From: Camelus dromedarius
Taxonomy: Eukaryota
Direction of reading: 5' to 3'
NCBI RefSeq assembly: GCF_036321535.1
Contig: NC_087436.1
Location: 90,584,001-90,648,000, forward strand
DNA: 64,000 nucleotides
Below, one piece after another: positions 54,190 through 64,000 of the stretch. Position numbers and translations under genes: made by a program. A model generated the notes under the pieces. That model made no database searches, was not told where the DNA came from, and saw only the letters and a list, made by a program, of their open reading frames with translations. Within the stretch, counting starts at the first letter, position 1; each line of letters begins with the position of its first letter.

Positions 54190-54720
54190 CTTTAAAACTG
54201 GGCTGCAAGTGCTGAAGGAGCTTCCCAGGAAACCATCAAACACCTAGAAGCATCCTGCCCTTGCCCAGGAAAACTGTAGTTACCAAATCAGAAAACTGGT
54301 AAAGACAGCGCCACGCTGACTCTGCCACAATTGGGTAAATGCCACCTGTAGTTACCAAATCAGAAAACTGGTAAAGACAGCGCCACGCTGACTCTGCCAC
54401 AATTGGGTAAATGCCACCCTGACTGTAGAAAACTGCCAATCATGGAAGCAGTGAATGCAGACCTATGAATTCCTTTGCCACACCGTGCACTAGAAAAATG
54501 AATGTCTTCCTTGTCCCTTCTTCTTTCCTTAATTCCCTTATTATGGAATTCAAGTGTCTCTGCAGTGTACCTGATTCTCAGACCTAAATCACAGCTGGAA
54601 GACTAACAGCAGAGGAGCTTGGGATATACAGTTCTAGCTGTCCAGCTTCAACAACACAGAAAGAAATATACAGGAGGTTGGAGGTTACACAGGGACTTGT
54701 GTGAGCCACATTCCACACCT
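54190..54720 (-). mobile_element. Old MLT1-type LTR containing the 72-bp duplication
   Basis: 'gcagtgtacctgattctcagacctaaatcacagctggaagac...gggatatacagttctagctgtccagcttc'. Confidence 0.45.
54274..54417. repeat. Perfect 72-bp tandem duplication
   Basis: 54274-54345 is identical to 54346-54417. Confidence 0.97.
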
Positions 54721-54769
54721 TCCATTCCCCTTTTACTGTCAAGCTTACTTTGGAAGAGAAGACAGGAAG

Positions 54770-55281
54770 TGTGCTAGGTAGAATAATGCTCCTGTGCTCC
54801 AGAGATGCCCACACCCTAATCTCTGGAACACGTGAACATGTTACATTTTGTGGCAAAATTACATTAAAGTTGCAGGTGAAATTAAAATTGCTAACCAGCT
54901 GACCTTAAAATGGGGATATTCTCCTAGATATTCCGGTGGGCCCAAAGTAATTACAGAAGTCCTTAAAAGTGGGATGAGACGCAGAAGAAACCAGAGGTCA
55001 CTATAAAATGCTGGCCAAAGGTGCTACACACCGCACCTTGGAGACAGAGGAAGCAGCCGTGAGCCAAGGAACGTGGGTGGCCTCTAGAACCCGGAAAAAG
55101 CAACAAAATGGACTCTTCTCTAGAGTCTCAGAAGGAATGAAGCCCCATTGACCTCTTAATTTTAGCCCAGTGAGATCCATGTTTGACTTCTGACCTACAG
55201 AATTTTAAAATAATTAATTTGCATTGTCCTCAGTCACTACGTAGTTGTTGCAGTAGAAAACTGCAATAGAAAACTGACACA
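54770..55281 (+). mobile_element. MLT1D-like MaLR solo LTR
   Basis: 'taggtagaataatgctcc...ttgctaaccagctgaccttaaaat...gagccaaggaacgtgggtggcctctaga...gcaatagaaaactgacaca'. Confidence 0.85.
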
Positions 55282-56394
55282 GGACGAGCCTCTGCTTAGT
55301 CGACCAGTCCTGCCAAATGACTGCTCTGTACTAAGGGGCGTTCTAGTTCTTTAGGGAGAACATGATGTAGTTTGTGTTCGCAAGGACCTCACAGCCTAAT
55401 GAAGAACAGGGATGAGTGAAGAGAACGTTACCATATATTGTGATTAACATTGTAATAGGAAAAGTACAGACATGAGTGGTCAAGGACTTTCATGGGTAAG
55501 TCGTATCTCTCTGCGTAGAAGGATATATTGCTGGTACTTCTGAGTTGCTGTGGAGGTAAGGGATGGAATAGGGTTGTGTTCTACTATCAGAAGCGGGAAA
55601 AAAATCAGTTTTATATTCATGCTAAGCTTTCAGATACTGAGTTAAATGATCTGAGAGTAATAGTATCTTATGTGTAATAGGCATTATAACTTCTATTGCA
55701 TTCACACTCTAGGAAATCAGGCAACTTTTCCTCAGCTTTTTAAAGTGCTGAAGGATTTGACCCACTATTTAAAAGACAGTGATAGACATTATTCCATAGT
55801 GAGAGGCACCTGTTCTGTGCCTAAACTTGCACTTCTGGGCCAATGCTTTCTAAGAGGGAATATTTATGTAAATGCTAATACTTCAGGATTCTTCCCTAGT
55901 ACAAGCCATTTCAAAAAAAAAAAAAAAAAAAAAAAAAGCTCCAGAGTCTATAATTACTACTTTACAGTACTGTCATTATAGTCCCCCTCAAGAGTCCTCC
56001 CACCTCAATTTTCATCAGTGGGAGAATCTGAATAAGAAGGGAGGAGTCAAATCAAACAGGGAGAGCAAACAGACTGTAAAGATAAAGCTCCTGGCAAGTA
56101 AGTTCTCCACTGAGTCTTTTTTAACTTCTTTTGTCCTTGTCTCCTTTTGAAAACGCAAATGAATTTTCTGAATTTGGTAGATGGTTATTATTTTTGCTGG
56201 GTTCTCATATGGATTCTCCCTGGTATATTTGTTTATCATGGTTTCAGGAAATAGGCCATAAACCATAATTATTTACCATAAATCAACAAAATGTAAATGA
56301 ATGATGCATTTTTGTATCTATTTTTTACCACTGATCTACCAAGCCTTCCAATCAAAGATAGTCAGAGCTGGGAAGCCGGCCCCTGGGGTTGTTA

Positions 56395-56620
56395 GGAATC
56401 TGGTCTTGGACCCAGAGTGGCTGAACTAGAATCCTGGCTCAGCCCCTTTCTTCCTGAGTGACGTGGGCCAACTTGTACTCGCCTCAATTCCCTTGTGTGT
56501 TGGAGGTTAATAATAGCACTCTCCTAACAGGAATGTTTGAGGATAAAATAAGCAAATACTGGATTTGACGTAGAATTGTGCCTGACACATGGTAAGTGCT
56601 AACTGTGTATTTGATAAATA
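56395..56620 (+). mobile_element. MIR SINE
   Basis: 'aatcctggctcag...gcctcaattcccttg...gtgcctgacacatggtaagtgct'. Confidence 0.7.
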
Positions 56621-58711
56621 AATAAAATAGGTGAATTTCAATTGCTTTAATTTCATATAAGGTGTTAGCATTCCACAGCATCTATGTTTCACCCCTCTAG
56701 GCAGAGTGGTAGGATACTTTTCTGCACATCTCTTCAGTCATTCATTTAATGTGATGAGCCGGATAAACAGTGGCACAGAAAACAGATGCAAAAAAGTCTG
56801 AACCACAGAGAACTTAGTGCCAGATACAGACATTACACCAAGGATTACAAGAATAATGAGTGCTGCGAAAGGGCATGGCTGGCAGATAGAAGAGATGGTT
56901 GAATAAAATACATTTTAAGGTAAAAAGTATAAAATTCAGCCAATCACCCAGAACTTTATCAAAATGTAAACACTGGATATTCTCTGAGGACTAAATCATG
57001 CTGTGTGCACGACATGACATTAAGATAGGCACTATGCCAAAACAGCCTTCTGCCAAGAAGTCCTTGTTGTATTGAACCCGAATGTGTCTTCTGCTACACT
57101 GAGTTCACTTTCTCTAGCATACTTTGGCTGCAGAGTAGGATGTGGCCACTGTCAAAATAAAAAGGAACCACAATTCAACTTTATTCCTAAAACACTGTGA
57201 TAATCCATTCTTTTAATTCTTTTTGAAGTCATCTCGGGAGTTCTATGGAATAAACTTTTAACGTAGCAGCTAGGGAAAGGAAAGAAGAAATTTAAATCGC
57301 GCGGGAAAAATAGCCATGGGCAAATGGACAACTTAACCTATGCATTTTAACTATAAAAGTGATCGTTAAATTTGAAAACTCCTGGTAAATCTATAACTGA
57401 CAATAATGTAAGCTCTATGGACTATTTGTGAAATATTTAAAATTATTTTTAATAGTTATTGAACTTTCAGGGTAAACTATCCTATTCCTTTCCACCAATT
57501 AGATTTGAGAACAAATGCCCTTGGGTACAACTGTAATAAGTATAAGGGGTCATTTTCAAATCTCTCACATTGAAAGAAAAAGCATCAGTAAGGAATAGAA
57601 TTGTCCTGTTCACACCCAAAGGGCTTGATAGGTGTAAGAAAGGAACTAAAATTACTATTCTGTACAGTAGTGTGACACTCTCTCCCTGGAAATGAAGAGG
57701 ATTAGGGAGAATAAGGAAGTGCTACCTGTATTGGGCAATGTTCAGTAACAGAGAGAACACATCCTAGCTGGTTACAGCCCAAAGAGATGCTTCACAGACC
57801 CACTGGAAGTGCTGAAAAAAACAGAATCAAGATTGTGCGTTTAGGAAAGACTCCCAAAGCCACAACAGAGAATGAGCACCAAAGAAGCCACCTCTTCTAT
57901 GATCAGGAAACCACCCACTGAACAGAGGCTAACCCTATAGCAGTTCCCTCTCTGTCCACACACCAACACTGTAATTAGAAAGCTCCCTTCATGACTGAGA
58001 AGCTGCTGCTGCTGCTGCCATCAGTTTCAGAACCATGCTATTAGGGTCACGATCAAAGTGGATGTCCCACTCAGACCTCTTGATGCCTATGATGCTGCTG
58101 ACTGGACACTGGAACTTCTGCCAATTGTCCTACACAATAAATATATGATTAAGTAAGAAAATAAATGTCTCCACAATACTGCTTTCCAGCAGAATCCTCT
58201 GAAACAGGAAATTTCCAGCTTCAGCCTCACTTTCTACTTCCCAAAATGCACACAAATATCTGAAATCACAGTGGAATCTTAACCTGCCAAGAAACCTAAG
58301 GACTGTGGTTTTCAGGGTTCCAGCCTCTGCATCAGGAAACTTCACTAGAAAGAAGCTGGAAAGGATGTCATAAACTGATTCACCAATTCACAAAGTCTTT
58401 CTACGTTATGAATTTCAATAGAAACATCTTTAATAATTAATATTTATTCTTTGATGCTCAAAATAAATAGCATCAGTCCAACAGATCTACCCTCTAGGCA
58501 ATTTGATTCATTTACAATTCATGCTTGCAAGAAACCACAAAGAGGAGAACTAGCCCTACCTCAAAAATTGTATCTAAATTTATTCATTTTCTTGATAGAG
58601 ATAGTGAGGATTTAGATAAAGGAAAAATGCCTAGAGACACCTGATTGGAAATATAGCTTGTTACAAACCATTAGAGATTATTTTTTCTTTCTTAGTGTCT
58701 GGGAAGTATAC

Positions 58712-59367
58712 TGTGGCAGGTAGAATTTTAAGATGATCCCATATTCACATCTCCTGGGGTATACACCCTGTTCATTCTTCTCCTATTGAGCATGGATGAG
58801 ATGTAGATATGGCAGATGTCATTCTGTTAGGCTAAATTAAACGGCAAAACTGAAGGCAATCTGCATATGAAATTAAGATTTCCAAATTAGTTGACTTTGA
58901 GTTAATAAAAATGAAAATGATCCCTGGTGTGTATGATTTTATATGGAGAAGCTTTAAAGGGGGACTGAGCCCATCATGGAAAGAGATTCTCCTGCTGGCT
59001 TCAAGAAGTAAGCTGCGGTGTTTTGAGAGACGAGACCCATGTGTTGAGGACCAGAGAGTGGCCTTCAGGAGCTGAGAGTGGTTCTGATCTACAGCTAATA
59101 AGGAAATGGAGCTCCTAGTCATACAACTACAAGGAAATTTATATTTCCAACAACTAATGAGTTTGGAAAAGGACTTCAAATGAGGCTCAGATAGGTTTGT
59201 AGCCCCTTCAAACACTTGGACTGCAACTTTGTGGGATCCTGAGCAGAGAAAACAGCTAGACTATGCCCAAATTTCTGACCCACAGAAACCATGAAGTTAC
59301 ATATGGGTGTGTTTTTAAGCCACTAATTTTGTGGCAGTTTGTTATACAACCATAGAAAACTAACACA
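58712..59367 (+). mobile_element. MLT1E-like MaLR solo LTR
   Basis: TG...CA ends ('tgtggcaggtagaattttaagatg' ... 'catagaaaactaacaca'), with flanks tatac/tatat resembling a 5-bp TSD. Confidence 0.85.
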
Positions 59368-60030
59368 TATATGAAAAAACTTTACCAAGACTTTTCAAAC
59401 ACATATTATTTACACATGTTCCTTTTTAACTTGGAAGCACTTTAAAGTCAGTAAGAAGGAATTAGGAAAACTAAAATATCAATCAATTTTAATACAACTC
59501 TACCAGTGTCATGTGAAATGAAATGAATTATTTTTAATCTCTTTATGCACTTTAAGTATGTTACTATCAAAGCCTTGGAGCTACAATTCAGGTCATCAAC
59601 TGGCAGAAAATGTATAGTACATAACCTTATTGGCAAGCTCAATTTTCATTGTCCAGTAAATTAACCTAATCAGAATGTAAAAAAAAAAAAAAATCCAGTA
59701 TCATTCATCACTTCAAGTGTAGATCTTAAAATGTGACTCCTTGGCACTTACCTCATTTATGAATTCTGATCTTAGATAAATATATAGCAAACTCAGGCAT
59801 AGAGTCTTGCCTTGAGTTTTATAGATGAATTAATGAACCACAGTTCTCAACCCTTCTTTCTGATGCTATTTCTGCTTTCTCTTAACTGGCTTTCCCTTCA
59901 GAATAAATTAAATTACTTGACAGTCACTAGAAGATGGAAGAGAACTTGTCATTAAATGGAAATCATCATCACTTGCATTGCCCCACTCTATAATATAGGT
60001 AAGAACATCCTTGTACAGTTTTAAATGCAA

Positions 60031-61040
60031 CAGAATATACAAACAGCTCATACAACTTAATAATAAAAAAATAAACAACCCAATCCAAAAATGGGCAAAA
60101 GACCTAAACAAGAAATTCTCCAGTGAAGACATACAAATGGCCAACAGGCACATGAAAAGATGCTCAGTATCACTAATTATCAGAGAAATGCAAATCAAAA
60201 CTACAATGAGGTATCACCTCACACCAGTCAGAATGGCCATCAAAAGTCCATAAACAATAAATACTGGAGAGGGTGTGGAGAAAGGGAACCCTCCTAAACT
60301 GTTGGGAATGTAGTTTGATGCAGGCACTATGGAAAACAGTATGGAGATTCCTCAAAAAACTAAAAATAGACTTACCATATGATCCAGCAATCCCACTCTT
60401 GGGCATATATCCTGAGGGAACTCTAATTCAAAAAGATACATGCACCCCAATGTTCATAGCAGCACCATTTACAATAGCCAAGACATGGAAACAACCTAAA
60501 TGTCCCCTGACACATGACTGGATAAAGAAGTTGTGGTATATTTACACAATGGAATACTACTCAGCCATTAAAAATAATAAAATAATGCCATTTGCAGCAA
60601 CATGGATAGACCTGGAGATTGTTATTCTAAGAAGTAAGCCAGAAAGAGAAAGAAAAATACCATCTGATATCACTTAAATGTGGAATCTTAAAAAAAAAAA
60701 AAAAGACAAGCAAACTTATTTACAAAACATAAACAGACTCACAGACATAGAAAACAAACTTAAGGTTACCAGTGGGGGAAAAGGGTGGAAAGGTATAAAC
60801 TAGGAGTTCAAGATCTACAGATACTACTATATATAAAATAGATAAGCAAGTTCATACTGTACACCACAGAGAACTATATTCAATATCTTATAGTAACTTA
60901 TGGTGAAAAAGAATATGAAAATGAATATAAGTATGTTCATGTATGACTGAAGCATTACACTCTACACCAGAAATTGAGACATTGTAAACTGACTATATAT
61001 ATATATATATATGTATACACAATAAAAAAATTTTAAAAAG
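60031..61040 (+). mobile_element. Young camelid-type L1 3' fragment (about 1 kb)
   Basis: ORF2 C-terminus '[10 protein letters not shown]...[12 protein letters not shown]...WYIYTMEYYSAIK', a 3' UTR like that of 35011-35558, and an A-tail. Confidence 0.95.
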
Positions 61041-61782
61041 AAGGTACGTAAAATCAACACATTGAATTATCTTTCTGTTTGATGCTCCCATAGATGTTTA
61101 CATTTCCGGGATGGACCTTAGTAAGTCACAGAATGGGAGTGAGCTATAGGCCTTTCTTCTGTAAAGTGAAACAAGTCTTGAGAGCATGCCTATGGCCTGG
61201 TCTCAGATTAATTTTGTATATGAGTTTTATAGAGTTCAAAGATACGAATTTGTATTCCAATTAAACCATCCATACCTAGACACCCAAGTTTGATGTTAAT
61301 TAGAAAGAAAAAGTGAAGCAGCCAGTGTATCACCATTGACCATGACCTCTGAGTGTACAAATCTGAAAGTGTAGTCCTTTTTCCATTCTCCACATTTCCC
61401 CCTAATTCAGAGAAAACATCCATTCACCTAGCTTGTCTTATTCTCATTTTAGTTTATGTAAATATATACCCACAAACATTCCCACTGCAGCTAATTACTG
61501 TAAGAATTCTGCCAAAATCCAAAGAATGCTTTTCTCATGTATTCATGCCATTACACATTCACGGAGAAAAATGCTACTAGGTGCTTTCAGAAGATATTGT
61601 TTGTCTTTCTACATCTTCATAATGCCGTACTGAGAATATTCTCGTGAATAATGAGATGTTGAAATTCTCCATTGCCTTGTTTTGTTTTGTTTTGGCTTTA
61701 TCTTTTTTTTTTTTTATAACTGACCTACTAAAGTTATTTTTTTCACGTAGATAATTTTCAGTTGCTTCCCAGTCCATTAAGT

Positions 61783-61880
61783 TCTTTTGCTTTTTTTTTT
61801 TTTTTTTTAGTTAAAGTATAGCCAGTTACAATGTGTCAATTTCTGGTGTACAGCATAATGTCCCAGTCATGCATACATAT
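61783..61880 (-). mobile_element. Very short young L1 3' end with TSD
   Basis: T-run followed by 'gttacaatgtgtcaatttctggtgtacagcat'; TSD ccagtccattaagt at 61769-61782 and 61881-61894. Confidence 0.92.
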
Positions 61881-63030
61881 CCAGTCCATTAAGTCTTATT
61901 TAATAAGTTTGTGTGTGAAACTACAGGGAGTAAATCCTAGCTCAATATTCAGTTATTGCAATATATGACATTTTTTTCACTGTCTTTCTTGTTCTACTAG
62001 CAGAAACAAAGCTAAACCCCACATCTTTTCTGTTCATACATTTTTGTGACTATTGAAAAAATGTCACTTCTTTCAGGTTGCAAAACTGAATGATGGCTTT
62101 AAAATAATTTTCTGCTGCTATATATTTATTTAATATTAAAGAACATTGTAATGAGAGACAGGAGACCTGTCAAACCTCAATGTATGTGACTCCATTTATA
62201 AACTTGGGCAAGAGTTACTCAGCCTATGTAGGCCTTTCATTCTCCATCAGTAAAATAAAGTAATAGGATAATCTTAACGCCCCTTAGAGCACTGATGTTT
62301 CTAACTTCTTTATACACAATCATCTCTAATGTATCAATTTCAAAAAGTTTCCTGGAACTTACTGTGTACACAAGTAGTCTTCCATTTACATTATGCACAA
62401 TTATCAAAACCCTACATATTTTAATGCAGAAAATAAAGCACAGAGCACAAAGTTGGGAGATATTCATGTTTCTCTTTTACTGAAACTCCCTGGTGCCCAG
62501 TCTTTCCTAGTTAAAGTTTGAAATTCGATTTCATTGCAGAATCAGAGAATCTACAATCTGCAATGTTTGTTTACCCTTATATAACCCAATTTTCCCTCTA
62601 AAGTAGGTAAGAACATTCTATGGAGAAAAACCTACTGCTCCAGGAGAGAGCCCAAATGATTTCAAAATTGCAACTTCAAGTGTGCTGCATGCAAATACTG
62701 TTTCTGCCTCACTCACTCCCCATGGCCGCAGCTTGTTTGGGGTGCCCTTGCTGACCCAATTTTCATGAATAAACTATTAAAAAAAAGTTTTGTTCATTCT
62801 ACCAGTACTTTCTGCATTCCCCAATGCGTGCTAAGAAATTTCCAACATAATTTCAAAAAAGGCTGCATGGTGCATGGTCAATTCAAAAAAATATATAGGA
62901 TTAGAACTAATGCAAAAGCATAGAGAGTAAGATTTGGCACATAGGACAAGGTTATTTAGGGAAAGACTTCAAAGAAAATAGTTGAATATCTTTTGATTAA
63001 TTCCTTATTGTCCCACATCAAGAACCAATT

Positions 63031-63523
<493 letters not shown>

Positions 63524-64000
63524 AAGAACCAATTCTTCCCATTGGGCTACATTAAAAAAGGTTGGCTGCCAGTTCCATGCTTAATGACTTCAGAGCTTGG
63601 AGCTCAGCAGGACATGAGCTAGAGCAGTTACTATACCAGAACAAAAGAATCATTTTCCTTTAGAAAGGAAGATTTGTTACAGAATATATATTCATGATAC
63701 ATTTTTAAGTAATAGGAATATTTTGATATATCATAGTTATGTCCATTTAAGGGTGTGATGAAGACATTCTGCTTTCTGGATTAACAAATGAATTATCAAG
63801 ACTTTCGCCAAAAAGATAATCTTACATCCCATCCGTTTCTGTACTTCCAGCATTAGTAAAAGAGGCATCATCCTTTTATCTTTGCTGCATGAAGACAGTG
63901 AAATTGTAATTTTAATTCCAACAGGAAAAGGTTTACAAATATCCTTACATGGGTCTTCATATTAAAATACAATTTTATATGGTCTTTTAAGAACTCAAAT

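Noticed and set aside
54274..54417. Direct repeats as a CRISPR-like array
   Set aside because: Two abutting copies with no spacers, in mammalian DNA.
59752..59926. Minus-strand acceptor/donor pair (ttctag| ... GAG|gtaagt)
   Set aside because: Stops in all three frames and no other support; expected by chance.

Overview
This is AT-rich, CpG-depleted placental-mammal DNA, most likely camelid. That call rests on a Vic-1-like tRNA-derived SINE and camelid-type L1 3' ends recalled from memory, not on a database search. I can support no intact host protein-coding gene; the only recognisable protein remnants are L1 ORF2 and ERVL pol. The window looks intergenic or deep-intronic and is layered with old repeats (MIR, L2, hAT MITEs, MaLR/ERVL/MER21 LTRs, L1M) and younger L1 insertions. 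The clearest structures are products of L1 target-primed reverse transcription (TPRT): a 2.2-kb L1 with a perfect 18-bp target-site duplication (TSD), a TSD-flanked polyadenylated retrocopy ending in an LTR poly(A) signal, a U6 retropseudogene, a 5'-inverted L1 whose tail became a GA-rich microsatellite, and a SINE-L1 junction. There is also a perfect 72-bp tandem duplication. I found no convincing new biological system. Repeat family names come from recalled consensus similarity, and boundaries of old repeats are approximate.
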